Shown here piece after piece: positions 23,177-36,324 of a stretch of 64,000 nt of DNA. A program made the position numbers and the translations under genes. Below the pieces are notes generated by a model that searched no databases, had not been told where the DNA came from, and saw nothing but the letters and a program-made list of their open reading frames with translations. Each line of letters opens with the position of its first letter. The stretch's first letter is position 1. The stretch is from Kondoa subrosea (taxonomy: Eukaryota), in contig BCIN01000004.1 in assembly GCA_039545335.1 (NCBI GenBank), positions 362,925-426,924 on the forward strand, read 5' to 3'.

Positions 23177-24954
23177 CTACAAGAAGAAACGACCCTTCTT
23201 GACTTGCATTTTCGACTATGGTTACACAGAATCAGTTATGAACTACTGACAAGACACTGGATACTTACCTGCCATGCCCAAGTCTTGCTCGAATCGCTCA
23301 TTCCACCTTGGAACGAAATCCCATCCAAAATTGAAGCACCAGCTTTTCGTTTCTTGATACGATGAATACCACCCGACCGTTGTTCAGACCCTAAACTCTC
23401 AGCAGGTATAGATAGTTTAGGTATCCGAATGCCACCATCTTTCATCGCATGAGTTTTTGGTCGTTTACGTTTCTTCCCAGCTTCTTTGACTGAGTTTTGT
23501 GCGGTTTCAGGATTCGGTACTTGAGAATTTGACGCTGCCATTTCTTCATCGGCGTTCATATTATGTTCTGCAGCTGGTATGTCCGCATCAACAGGTGCTG
23601 GACGTTCTTGCTCATCCGCTTCAAGTTGTTCTGCAGCATCTTGATCAATCACCGCTTCACCTTCTCCATCACTTTCGTCCAACTCATCCATTTCCTCACT
23701 CACTTCTTTCTCCTTCTGTTTCCCACCAATAATTTGACCACCAGCTTTTCTTCTTCCCTCAACCAAAGTACCTTTTTTGATCCATCTCAACTTCAAAGTC
23801 AACCTTGGTCCAATTTCCTGCATCTTAGTTTTAACTTGTTCATCCATCCCTCTTTCCCTTGCCCATTTCTTGGTAAACTCATCATCCGCTCTTAAATCAA
23901 ACATGTATCTAAACCTTCTGAAAAAGATGAAATCCCTTTGATTATGTACAGCAACAACTTGTCGACCTTCTAATTGTGGTAAAGGTGGGAAAAGGGTTTG
24001 CAAGAGTCGACCAACGGAAAGACCTAAAGGTGTAGACATGTTGCTGAGAACTAATTCAGGTGCATGGGAAGTAGGTGCTGCGTGACCAGAGATATGCTTA
24101 GTAGCTTGAATGGAAGTGAGTCTGAAATGTGCGGTAGGTCCTTGAGGTAGTTTCGTCAATGTGACTGAGCCTGAATTTACCGCATGAGTACTAAGACAAA
24201 TATGTACAGCAGAATGAAACCTACTAGGGTTCTTATGATCTTCTCCTACCACAAGTAGAGCTCTATAACCTCTCTTTGCAGCCCAAGCGCACACTTTACT
24301 GAGCTGGAAACGAGCATTCGGTCGAGGTACGATATGAGCATACTTCTTTCCGCCGAAAAGTGATTGTATTTCATCGAGGAAAGCGAAAGTAGGTTTCGAA
24401 GGACGAGGAGCAGTGGTAATGAGGATTGGGCCTTGAGCAGGAGCAAAAAGGGAAGCGATAGACTCTGCATCATCCTTTGCAGGTAAAGCGGAAGTGGAAG
24501 CTTCAGGTTGATTCTCTTGTGATACATCCGGCAAAGTAGCATTAGAAGGACCAGCTTCATCAGACGCTTTAGCAGCAGGTTTTGGACCAGGACCCAAAGT
24601 CAATTGATCTTCGTCAGGGAACAAATCTTCCAATCCAGCCATATCGAGCTTATATTCGCCTGTAGCTTCATCTTGCAGTACTTTCACAGGAATAGTTCTA
24701 GCATCCAACACTTGACCATCCTCATCTAAACCAACCCAAGTTTTGCTATTCTCTACAGTCCTCGGTACATTCTTTGCCAATCTTTCAACTTTCAAAGCAG
24801 GATTCGCCGTTTCTGCTTTTCTTTGAGCCATACGACGAGCGAGTTTAGCTGCAGATTTGGCTTTTTTCGCTTTCTGGTGATGCTCTGATCTGGCCGCTTT
24901 GTTGCCAATGAAAGCAGTCTTATTGCCCAATGTGGGCACTCCTTCTCTAGCCAT
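23177..24954 (-). CDS. RPF1: Brix-domain 60S ribosome biogenesis protein Rpf1
   Basis: IGNKAAR...NVPRTVEN, LPQGPTAHFRLTS, HAPELVLSNMSTPLG, GRQVVAVHNQRDFIFFRRFRY, MQEIGPRLTLKLRWI; last exon SKMQVKKGRFFL*. Confidence 0.93.
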
Positions 24955-25044
24955 GACTGTGTATCTATTGCTTGGGTATATATCACGGTTCAAGACAAAG
25001 CAACTTGGAAACATTTTTTCGGCGAAGGTTGATTCGCATACACC
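24955..25044. promoter_or_regulatory. Very short (90 bp) divergent intergenic region between the RPF1 and COX17 start codons
   Basis: RPF1 ATG at 24954 (-); predicted COX17 ATG at 25045 (+). Confidence 0.5.
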
Positions 25045-25481
25045 ATGTTGGCATTCTTAGGCTCATTTCTGGTCTGTTGACATCCGATCAAGGTTTACTA
25101 TACTTATACAGCAACAATAGAAATCAGATCCAAAGACTGAGCCAGCACAGCAAATTCTTGTGGCTAATTCGCATGAGAAGGCAGGGTTAGCTCTTCTTTC
25201 TTCCACTGCAAGCCTGTCAATATCATGATCTCGAATCTATAGAGCGCCAGTCAATAAGTTTGTTACGGAGAAGAACCCAACAGGCATTAAACCGTGAATT
25301 CCATTGCATTGCGTGTTGCTTACCTAATCAATCTAACATGATATGTAGATGCTGCGCTTGTCCTGACACCAAACAACCTCGAGATGCTTGTTTCTTGCAA
25401 TATGGTCCTGATGCAGTAGAATGCAAGGATCTGGTAGCTGCTCATCGGAATTGCATGAACAAGCTAGGGTTTAAAATATGA
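25045..25481 (+). CDS. COX17: Cytochrome c oxidase copper chaperone Cox17; about 4 exons (5' exons less certain)
   Basis: NPTGIKP|CCACPDTKQPRDAC...ECKDLVAAHRNCMNKLGFKI*: CCxC copper site and twin Cx9C. Confidence 0.93.
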
Positions 25482-25572
25482 GAAGAAACAGAATGAGAAT
25501 AGATGCATTTGTGTATATAGATGAGTAACATGTATAAATGTATTACTTAACACTCCCTTCAATTCCATTCAT

Positions 25573-27340
25573 CTACGGGAACGAAGGTGGAATCAAAGCT
25601 GTCCGCCCGAACCTTGACAAACAGATAGAGATCAGCTCTGCACACAGAAGGAATTGACGAATGGCCTCACCAGTTGCCCTTCATGTTTGGACCGAAATAA
25701 GCACGAGGGAAAACTTCTTTTTTCAGTTGGTAGAAGAGCTTTCGAGGTGTTGACTGATCTAACCCAGGAATAGAGGAAAAGCTTTCGTCTGGCTTCAAGC
25801 CGTATCTGGACATATATCAGTGTAGCTCAAGCGCGGAAGGGAAGGCATACAGGAATTCTGCCAAAAGTACATCGTTGTTGTCAACAACTGTAATCACGAT
25901 ATCAGCATCTGCTCAATAGACGGGCTAGCAATGAAACTTACTGATAGGACAACTTGTGTAACCATTATAATGAGCAGTAGGCTCTTTTTGATGCATCGCT
26001 TTATGTAAATTGTGGACGAGAACAGGTGCTTGAGCGGTAATAGCGGCGATTGTCTTGGACGTAGGTAAGTTTGAAGCATCGCCGATGGAAAAGATGTTCT
26101 TATATCGGACATGCTGCGTTGTCTTTGAGTCTACTTCGACAAATCCAGCTTGATCGACTATCAAATTATCCGATTAGCATACCGTCTTCAAAAGTCAGAG
26201 TGAGATGCTTCACCTAAAGGGGAGCTCTTGACAAATTCATGGGGTCCCATTTTAGGAGTGACATGCAGTAAATCATATTTCCTCTGAACAAGCTGATCAC
26301 CAGACTTGAAAGTAGCAATCTTGTTCTTCACATCCACTTCTTGCAAATCATGTTGGAAAAGACCTTCAATTCCACGATCTTTCCTGATTTCGTCCAGAAT
26401 CTTGCTATATTTCGGTACAGCAAACATTGAGGGCATTCCTATGAAACCTTAATCAGCTTCTTCTCGCTTACAGAAGAAGGTAAGGATAGACCAGTGATGA
26501 AACTTATATCCACATCTTCCCTTACGCCGGCATCTCTCCAGCGCTTCAACGAAGCCCACATCACTTTCTGTGGTGCGCCAGCACATTTGATAACTCCTTG
26601 AGGTTGTGTAAAAATCGCTTTGCCCTTCTTGAACTTTCCTACATCTGATCGAAGTTTCGGTGCGTACTGAGAGAAGTAGACAGATGAAACCCCTGATTCT
26701 GGGTCGGCTAGAGCTGCTGAGAGACCTTTGATCGATTCTGGTTGGATCTTGATTCCGGGTACGACGATCAAGTAGTCATAGGAGATGGATTGACCGTCTG
26801 AAGTAGCTAAAGAAGAAGAATCAGGAGAGAAGGAAGAGACGGAAGTTGGTAGACTGACATCGAAGTCAGCACAGAAGGCGGTGAGATCAGAGAAGATACA
26901 TACTGTGCGACTCCTTGAGGGATTAGCGAAGCTGTTGGTCGAAAATAGTCTGCCATATGACCAATAGCAGCGGCACTTTATAGCTATCAGCAGCAGGCAG
27001 GGGAGTCGTATCGGTTCACGCACTTCAGTGTCCATCCCGGCTGGTAATGATGTTCTGCTGATGGCTAAACCAAAGTCAACATGAATTGACTGCTATCACT
27101 AAGCGCTCACCTCAATGATTGCGACATCTCCAGCCTGCAGTGTGTGTTCTCCGGTGTTGAACTTCTTTCTGATCTGAGCTGAGAGAGGTATGCCGGCACT
27201 TCCCCCTCCCTGCCCTTTGATATTGAAGCAGAATCCAGGCAAAGGTAAAGTTGGAAACTTACGACTATCAGGATTTTGAAATGCTGGCTTGCAGCAGATG
27301 GCGAAGCATGACTGGCGAAGGCGCGCTTTAAGAAAGACAT
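25573..27340 (-). CDS. SQR: Mitochondrial sulfide:quinone oxidoreductase (SQR/Hmt2 type), multi-exon
   Basis: KILIV|GGGSAG (FAD Rossmann), HHYQPGW, YDYLIVVPG, IKCAGAPQK, YDLLHVTP, NIFSIGDASNLPTSKT, YNGYTSCP, LAEF. Confidence 0.93.
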
Positions 27341-27496
27341 ATTGCTATAAGCAGAAGCTGTTGGAAACAAGAAGGAGATTGAAGCAAATTGCGCGATTTT
27401 GTTGATTTTAAGCGGGATTATGTAATCTTCGCCTTGTCGCGTCGTGTGGTATCTAAATTGCTGGAATCTCCGTTTTACATGCCCAAGGTATACCAA

Positions 27497-28526
27497 CTAC
27501 TTTGACAGTTCCACCATCCTTCCAGTCAACAGCTTCAAGACCGTTTGCAACCCAAGATTGTACCCTTCATCTACACCTTGACCCGGCCTAGCTCTAGCGT
27601 GGGCAAAATCAATCACTTTCACAGCACAGGCAAGCTTCCTCTTTTCCTTCTCTTCTTCTTCTTCCGTTTCCTCTTCATCCGAATCTTCTTCTTCTTCAGA
27701 ACTAGATTCAACATCTGGATGCTTGAGAGCTTCTTCCAAAGCAGCTGCATCTCCCTCATAGACTATCAGAATAGAGCTGCCAACGACTTGCCATTCGATC
27801 TCTTTGACTTGTTCATAATACTCTTCTATTCTCTCTTGTATACGAGGCAAGATCTGAGACAAGAGGGAAGAAGGGAGACCGCCCAACAAGCCATCGGAAT
27901 CTGAAATAGAAGGGAAAGCTCTCTGTATGCCGGAAGGGAGATCAGAAACTGAGATAGCTTTGCCATAGTCTTTGTCCGTTTTGACATATTCGCCAGAAGC
28001 AGCGTTCCAGACCTGGGATCATGATCAGCATTGATGCAGTGAAGAAGAAGGATATATACCGTACCTTGAAGCCTGTCAATCGCACGCCAGTTTCTCCTGA
28101 GGTCGTTTCCTTGGCAGCTTGAATCATTCGTTTAACCTTCTCTGGTGAACTCGCTTCATCCCAAAATTGAGTGCCTAGCTTAATATCGATGATATTAGGC
28201 TTGACAAAACGATGCGCGACATTCTCCAAGACTATAGAAGGCTTCTCCCCTTCAAAAGGTTCGATCTTGATCGGTTGACCCTCAACAGCGACTTCTGCTG
28301 GCTCTTGCAATTTCCCAGCTAGACGTAACGTCCCATAAAACTTGGGTGTCCATAAGCCAACGAAATCTGGACAAAGGGACCGTGCTGTCGACTCGTAGAA
28401 ATTCAATTCAAGTTGATTCGTTGGCTTGATGATCAGCCCGCCTGTTGCGTCTTGTGAAATAGAAGAAGGATGCCCTGCTACTTGTTCTGTATAGGTGCTC
28501 AAATTCGTCAAATCTAAAGAGGTCAT
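27497..28526 (-). CDS. IPK2: Inositol polyphosphate multikinase (Ipk2/Arg82); 2 exons
   Basis: QVAGH, PNIIDIKLG (PxxxDxKxG), GVRLTG, SSILIVYEG, acidic insert, IDFAH. Confidence 0.9.
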
Positions 28527-29486
28527 GCTTGTTTGGGTCTTAGCAGGCGAATCTCGCTTTGGTCTCGCTGCTCCTTGGATTCCGTGTCTCTGTCATCTAT
28601 CTTTTGTCATTGTCTCTTCAAGAGAATGCTGTGCTGCCTCGAAAGCAGCTATCCAGGAAGCACCCTTACCTGCTTCATGGGCTCTGTTCCGATATACATT
28701 GAGAACACGAGTCGCAGGAATGAGACGGAATCAATCTCTTTGAAACCCCTAGGCTGTACTTCAAGATCTGTCGAGCAACTAAAAGCAGGGCGATTGCAAT
28801 TCGTTCGGTTTCAATTCCTTTGACTTATGTTAGTCTGTCTTGGCTTTAGTCTTCTGTTGCCTTTGATAGATCGAGCCCAAGATGCAAGGGAGAGGTGAAA
28901 CCCAGTTCTGTGACGCTACTGCAAGAAGCGGTTTCTTTGTGGTAGGCGGAGCCATCACTGCCTCTTGACTTTGGCGATAGGGAAGATGTATGTTTTCTCT
29001 CTCTCTTCATTCCGCTGGCAAGGGACTAGACTATTGATAGAAGCCATTAGCTTTCGATCTTGGCTTCTGCAGCGCAAACTGTCTCGCAGGAGATTGTCGC
29101 CTCAGTAAATAGAGGCTGAAATAGTTATAGTAAGCCCTCATCTGCTGTCGATAATGGATGTGCGATCGCATATAGCGGAAAGAGCAAACGGGTTACGAGT
29201 TTGCTCGTCCGTCTGAATGAGCACAATTTACTTCAAGAGGTAGAGCTCTGTCCTCTGATACAAGAGTGGCACTATAATGTTTTGCAGCAAGATCTGAACT
29301 TGGTTCTATCAAGCCCCAACCATTTGTGAATCTGCTGCCTCACGAGGTCAAGTACTCTGAGTGCATGTCATGAAACCTGGTATGCACCTCTGGAATTCGA
29401 GAAACAACGAAGACAAAGTGACACAGCTGGGAGGTTACATTGGGGCGAATGTCTGCAACAGCTCAAGCAGCATATATTCGAGAAAA

Positions 29487-29506
29487 CCAAGCCAAGCCAA
29501 GCCAAG
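29487..29506 (+). repeat. (CCAAG)4 pentanucleotide tandem repeat
   Basis: ccaagccaagccaagccaag in the long intergenic region. Confidence 0.8.
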
Positions 29507-30103
29507 TACACGGAAGACTGGATCACAGAAGGAGAGGACACCAGTGATATATCAGATAGCCTGTCAAGGGCAGATAGAACAGAAGATAGCCAGCTAAATG
29601 ACCGCGGGAAGCCAAAAAAGGGAGCCTGCAATGCGCATTCAATGTTTGTCCTTAGTATGTCTTGTAGTGCATGATAAGCAATGTCCATCAGACCTAACGA
29701 GCGGCAGTTCCGAGTCAAGCATCTGCAGTGCTTGCATTCCAGACGATACCATGGACTATACCTTTCATCCTGTGCAAAGCAGCGCACTCCAACGGCAATT
29801 CGTTCCCCTTCCCGTGATGCCCTGTGCCTTTCTATTGAAATTCTCGACCGCTCAATAATTTCTGTCTTGCTTGTTGCCTGACCTGTGTTGTCCCTTACAG
29901 TCGCTCGTTCCCATGTTCTCACCTTCCGGCTCCACGCCTTATGTGTCCCGTCTTCATGCAAAGCAGTTCACTTGTTCTCAACCAGCAAGTGTTTTGCCAA
30001 TCTTTTTCATTTGCTTCTGTTATACTTATCTCAAAGCGGCGTATATATTGCACGCGACTAATTCAAAGTCCAAGAACTTCTATCGTCAGTCCAAATTGCA
30101 ATA

Positions 30104-31682
30104 ATGGCTTCACCTCAGATGGATCAATCAGCCACGTTTAAACGTGTGAAGAGGCGATCATCTGTGGTACAGCGCCTTTTGCGCAGCAAACGACCATTAT
30201 CAACCGCTGATATCTCACCACCTATGCCTCAAGCAGATCGCTTTCGCTACATTACTGTACCTTCAGTCACTTCTAGCCCAACTTTGCCTAGATCAAGTTT
30301 GGCTCGATCTTCAGCTATACATTCTTCGCCTCTCCGATCTGAAAAGTCAGAGAGCAAGATATGGGATCAAATGAGGTCGAAAGGCTTGGTACTGAAAGGA
30401 CAGCCTGCCGATTGCGAACAGATCGCAAAGGTGAGCTTTTCTTTAAAGGCCTTCAAGTCAGAGTTAATGTGTCATTGTATACCAGCTCTCAAGCAAAGTC
30501 AATTCACCTGCGCTATTATCTCCGCCATTACTGCTCATCGAAACGGAATTCGTAGATGATCAATCTTTGTACAGCATGGAAGATCAAGATTCCCTTCTCC
30601 CTTATTCTTCACCTACAAAGCTCTCTCAGGATCGCATAAAGTCTTCCTTTTCTGACGATACCGTTGTACCACGGAAATCTTCTTTCGCTTCCTCGTCATT
30701 CAGTTTCCCCGCCTCGCCTCATTGCGATTCAACTCTTTCCAGTCAGGAAGATCTGAGCCCAAGTTCAGCAACAACGGAAACCACTCCTGCTCAGACACCT
30801 CGAGGAGAAACGCATGGTCTTGGGTTTCATTACTTCTCCGCTAGACATGGTAAATTAGAAGAGCATGAAGCTGATCTCAGTACTCCAGTAGACGATCTTT
30901 GGGCTCATTTGGAGAATCAACTCGGTCGTGGACTTATTACTACCCAAGCATATGACCCACCTACCAGACCTTTGAAATCCTCCGCCCGAGCTCGGCAATC
31001 CATAGCATCGAATTCAACCGTCAGCATCAGACGATCAGAAAGATTGGACTCCGAAGTAGCTATGGCTCAATCATCTCTTCGGCGAGATCGATCAATCGAT
31101 GAAGGGGAACTGGATTTAGTAGTTGGGAAAGCTGCCTTGAACGAATCGGTCATGGGAGATGCAGAAGTAAATACACTGTTGGCGGATGAGGAATTGAAGA
31201 GGAGGGAGAGATTCAACAGTGGCAGAAGAGCATCATTCCCAGAACTTTCTCTGAACCAGAACAAATTGGTCAACAAGCGTTTAGCGGAAAGACAGCAGTG
31301 GAGTGAAACTTATGTTCCGGCTTTGGATATGGTTCTGGATTGGACATCTGTCGAAGAACCAGTCTCTCGAGTTCATGCGTCCTCTCATTTGAACAAGAGT
31401 CAACTTCCGCGAAGTACCTCTGGAAGTCTACTTCCTGTCTCCCGTCTGCCTGTATCGCCAAGCAGATCAAGTAGCAGCAAGTCTGAAGATCTGACCACTG
31501 TGCTCAAGTTTCCGATTACACAAGCGGGTTCAGCAGTACATAGTGGTCCTTCAGCGGAGTCGAAGCTTCCCAGATTATCGTCATCTTCCGCTCCCCGTCT
31601 CAGCACATCAGCCTCTCCGGATAAGTCAGCTTCTCCAGCTGGTCTGGCATCATGGTTCGGCTTCAGGAAAGCCATTGAATAA
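30104..31682 (+). CDS. Ser-rich, largely disordered hypothetical protein; 2 exons
   Basis: The ATG-30104 ORF is joined in frame to the 371-aa ORF by intron GTGAGC...ACCAG (30431-30485). PKA-like sites KRRSS and RRAS. Confidence 0.75.
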
Positions 31683-31842
31683 ATTTTGGGTGTAATGAGC
31701 ATCGAGAATTGTAATTACTTTAATGGTCATCAATGCATTGCATAATCGTAAATCTGACGTGATATTCTTCGGTGACCGCTAAAGGAAGGGTAGAATAGTA
31801 TGAATGGATTCTTTCACTAGGTCTCGCCCGTCTCTGCTCCAA

Positions 31843-32058
31843 TCACTTCTTTAAGAGACCCTTCTCGCATGCCAGTTGATCACGCCACTCAAGATTCTCA
31901 GTAAATTTCCCTTGAATGATAGAGCTGAAAAGCCACTCCAGCTCGTTATGAGCGTCATTGATGGATTTCCGAATAGCAGACAAGCTAGGGTTTGGAGCCG
32001 ATGCTTCTTTGGCTCTTGTCTGCGCCGCCGCGTCTTTATAGTTGCCGATCGACTTCAT
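31843..32058 (-). CDS. Possible 71-aa orphan microprotein
   Basis: ATG-initiated helical-looking ORF preceded on its strand by a long C/T-rich leader (about 32090-32180). No family recognised. Confidence 0.35.
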   Translation of the reverse strand: MKSIGNYKDAAAQTRAKEASAPNPSLSAIRKSINDAHNELEWLFSSIIQGKFTENLEWRDQLACEKGLLKK

Positions 32059-32310
32059 GGAAAGACTTAGTCAGATGACTGTCCGAGTGATGGATTGAGA
32101 AGATTAGTATGATGAGAAAGATGAATCAAGATGGGGAGGAAGAAGAAGAGTAAGTAAATTCAAAGAGATATAGAAGAAACACGGGCCTAGAGCGGACGAA
32201 AGTTGGATTTGAACATTGAAAGACGTGATTCAAGCTTATGATCAATTCGGCTGGAGCAAGCGCGATAGTGCCACTACTTTTTATACTGACCTGTAGCATA
32301 CACTGCAGTA

Positions 32311-34076
32311 CTATAAGCTAGCAATTTGGGAAAGAATAGTCAGATCCTCACCTTGCTTGACCATCTGCTTACGCCAATCCCTTTGTCAAACGTTTGTAAT
32401 CTTCCAATACGTTCTCGAAGGTCAAAGTAAGCTTCTCTTTCCTCTCAGCGGGTTCCAACTGATTCAATCGATCCTGTCATCGATACTATAAGCTTCTATT
32501 CAAGGCTTATGAAAAGAGAGAAAAGAGGGACATACATAGTTGAAGCGATACAAACGTTCTTTCACCATCAATCTGTATTGTTTGTTCTTATTCGCTTGTT
32601 TGCCTAATTTCAACAACCAGAGCATTTCCACTAATCGAGCAAATTGTCTCTGTTTTACAATGAAACTTTTTCAGTAACTTTTCTGCAGAGCAAGGGTTTG
32701 AATCACCTCGTTCAACTTCAGTGATGATCTAGTAAGCTTGAACCATTCTTTGTCCAAAGGCAATTTCTGTTCTTTCAGAAGATCTTGTGGTAATAATCGT
32801 GCTAAATCAATCTTATCCCTCAGATCTTGGAATCCTTCGCTTGGGTCTTCAACTGATCGCACACAGAAGTCAGCAAGAAGTGAGAGCGAGAGTAGTAAAT
32901 AGATGAGAACGGACTGCCTAATTCTGCTACTTTTTCACGCGATTGAACCCATGAATAAACGATTGAGTACAGTGCAGCTGTGAGATGGTGGTCTCGTATC
33001 AGCTAAACCTAATGTAAGCCCATCATATACGCACAACCATGACCTGAACCTTGATAAGGCGGTAAAATAAGGAATTGAGATAATCGCAAGCGAGTTTGAT
33101 CTGGGTAGTGCAAAAAGGAATAGAGACTCGTATAGCCTGCGAAGTGGTAGGTGTCTATTGTTTGCGTTGAATCGGTCGGTGAAGGTCTTTGGCGTTTCTC
33201 ATACCTTGTTAGAGCAAAGTCAGGGCGAGCTGAAAGGAGAGTGCGAGACACTTACAGAACGACAAACTCCCAACATGGGTCATCTTCGTCAATGAATGTA
33301 CCACCTTCGATGTAAAGGAGAATAAAGATCTGCATCCGCCTATGTAAATCTCTGAATCCAGGATCTTCGACTTTAGCCTAAGCCAATTCGTATGAGTATT
33401 CATTTGCAAGACAGTAGATGGGAATACTGACCGACCAAGCTTCAAAGGTTACAGCACCTTCATCATTCAGCTCACATCCTTCCCAAGCTTTATCGTCTTC
33501 GCTCGCTTTGGCTTTCCCTTTTGAGCTCTTCTGTTGTACTAATCGCTGAGCATAACGACCTATCCTTTCTCCAACAGGTTTGAAAGAGATTTCTTCTTCT
33601 TCTACACGTTTTTTGAACGTTTTCGCGTCTTTGAGATAATCTGCTCGTGCGCGTAACTTCAGTCGTTCGCCTACCCTCGGATTGAAAACCCTCAAACGGA
33701 CCAGCAGGTAATTTGTCATAGAGTTTCTCCTCTATATCGTCCGCTTTCGTTTCACCAGATGAAGCAATCTTCTTACCATACTTTATTTCAAGAAAAGGTA
33801 AAAGTGAAGATGAAGCGAATTGTAACTTGATTGACAAGTTTGAATAACCAAAAACAGTTTGAGCTTCACCAAAGATTGGGTAAACGAATTCTGGTCCAAA
33901 CTGAAACCAACAGGAGCGCGATTCCAAGGTAAGTTTGAGCGGTGATTGCATGAATGAAGTGAACGCACATCATCAACGAGGACTTGTTCTTCTTCTAATA
34001 ACGCGTCTCTTGATACTTCACTTCGTACTAATCTCAAATCCAGGCAGCCCAGGCCATCAGAAGTCCATGAATCCAT
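32311..34076 (-). CDS. HAT1: Histone acetyltransferase type B catalytic subunit, multi-exon (stop at 32311 if the last intron is spliced, otherwise 32369)
   Basis: [91 protein letters not shown]. Confidence 0.95.
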
Positions 34077-34281
34077 GTTTTTCGTTACAGGTCAAGCGTG
34101 TTACCGTGTCTAAATTACAGAAGCGCGATGTTATAGCGAGTCAGTAGATAATCCATTATGTAGGTATATGGTATATAAGAGTTTTCGTTCAAACGTGTTT
34201 GCAAGCTATACAAGTGAAATACAAAACTATCCTACAACAATGAACTTCGAGTGTTCCAAATCGCTATCTCGCTCGATCATG

Positions 34282-36155
34282 CTACTCCCTCTCGCTAGAA
34301 AGATTGACAAAAGATTGACCTAAAGGTTCCGGCATACTTTCTTCCGAAGAAGAATCAATTGTAGAAGGTGGAACGGGTAAAGGTCTTCTTCTTCTCACTG
34401 ACGGAGGAGCAGGTGCAGAAGGTTGTTGTGGTAAACCTTGTCTTTTCTCAGCTATTGAAGCTACTGATTCTTGTAAGATAAAAAAATGGTCGATCAAGCT
34501 TGATGGGAACCAAGAAGCGATTCGATAAACCCAAGCTAAATCCAGCGACTCAGTCCTAGTTCTTGTGAGATTGAGGAGGATAAAATACTCACAGCCTGCT
34601 CCTATTCTTGTTCTACGACCTCCTCGACCATGAACGATAATGTCAAACACCTTTTCAGTCAAACGATTGATTTCTGTACTCTTGCGTGAAGTAGTACTTG
34701 ATCCAGATCCGCTATATCTTGGATCGATACTTGTCAGTCTTCTATGTAAAGCAGGGAACTACATCGAAGGGTCAGCTCACAGCCCTGTTCCTTAGGCAAA
34801 CACGCACATATAAGGACCAAATATGAGATGGTAAATCAGGCATTTCCGTTGCTGGCAATCCATTCGACATTGATTTCCTCTGATTGGAAGGAGTAGCAGT
34901 AGAAGGCGACGTAAAGAATCCAACGTCAAGCTGAACTACTCGGATATTAGGTGAAGTGACTGTCGTTCGACTGATTTTGATTTCTCTTCGGAACGCATCC
35001 ATCATGGTTCTCAATCCCACACTATTCATTGTCATTAGCTTTATGTTGAATAAAGAGCACACTCGTCTTCACTCAGCAACTGATTGAGCTCCAAGGAATG
35101 GTAAAGCCAGATTCGCCGTAGTAGTAGGTAGCAAAGTAAGAACCACAGGCGAAGTCTTAACGGGGTTCAACAAGTTCTCTGCGTTCCTCAATAGTGGTAC
35201 AACGCCTTGAAGTACTCCCAAAGTAGTCAAGAGTGTAGCAGAGACAATTTCGTTGAACGCTTGAGAGGAAATAGCTTCCAACGGAGTAAATTCGACTGCT
35301 GGAGCCGGTGAAGCACAATGAGAAGATATAGGTAAGGCATTGATTATAGCTGTCAGATTCAGAGCTCGTTGAAATGGGTCGCCAGCTGAATGTAGAGGGT
35401 ATCTGAGGGACAGAGCAGTAGAGAGCGATTGTAAGAAAGGTCTGATACTAGATTGCTGTGTTCATACATCAACATTGATCTCTCCAATATTGAACCAAGA
35501 CTTACATCCGTCGGGTCCAAGATCAAAGCTTTCACATAACCTTTGCCAGCGAATTCCAACTGTCTCCCTTTTGCCGGATCCGCAACAGTAGCTAAAACCA
35601 CAAAACCCTTCTCCACTAAGCTCATGATGACATGCCAACCCAGACTACCCTTTTCACCGCCCAATACCAAGATAGCTTCTGCTCGACTCCCATCTTCATT
35701 GCTTAATGGTCTAGTAGGTCTCTTCGAGCGAGCGAGCGATCTCTTTACTCTCTTCAGGGTCAGCTTGCCCATATAAGCTTGATAGCCTAAGTACGATGTT
35801 GAAGAAACGCAAGCAGCCGCGATCAAAGCGGTCAGATATGGATGTCGCTGGATCCGAGCATACAATAGCTCGAGAGCTGTTGGAGGAGGAGGCGGAGGTG
35901 GAACGAAAGGTTTATGCAAGGGAGACAAGACATTGGATAAAGACGATAGATCAGGCGACGGAAGTCGGCCATTAATTGTGAGGCTTTCATAGGCCACAGC
36001 GACTGTGACATCTCAATCAGTTGACTATAACAGTACCAGGCGCGACACGACTAACTGTATTCTTCGAGACTTGTCATCACTTCAGAAGACATTTGCTGGA
36101 GTTGCGTGCCATACTCAGACACAGAATCCAGCAAATCTTCAAGCTGGCCGGGCAT
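34282..36155 (-). CDS. DUF1776-like atypical SDR-fold membrane-anchored protein, multi-exon
   Basis: N-terminal TM (YLTALIAAACVSSTSYLGY), then EAILVLGGEKGSLGWHVIMSLVEKGFVVLATV, KGYVKALILDP, P+EAIS, MDAFRREI, IRVVQLDVG. Confidence 0.7.
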
Positions 36156-36324
36156 CTTTCTCGGATGTGGCTCTGCTTGTACACTTGATCGTGGTCCTGC
36201 TCGATGTCTTTTGACCCAATTCCACCAGACACAAACACAGACCAATCCAATGGAACTTTGAGTGAGGCTAGCTAGCTTGGATAGCACAAGATAGTAGGTA
36301 TTGCAAGTGTCAGGGCGCAATAAG

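Noticed and set aside
29368..29961. 197-aa minus-strand ORF as a gene
   Set aside because: Arg/Ser/Cys/Leu-rich composition typical of non-coding frames and no motif; not called.
32340..32366. ATG 4 nt after a possible HAT1 stop, suggesting a coupled downstream gene
   Set aside because: Better explained as the inside of a final HAT1 intron (GTAAGC...CTGAC...TAG).
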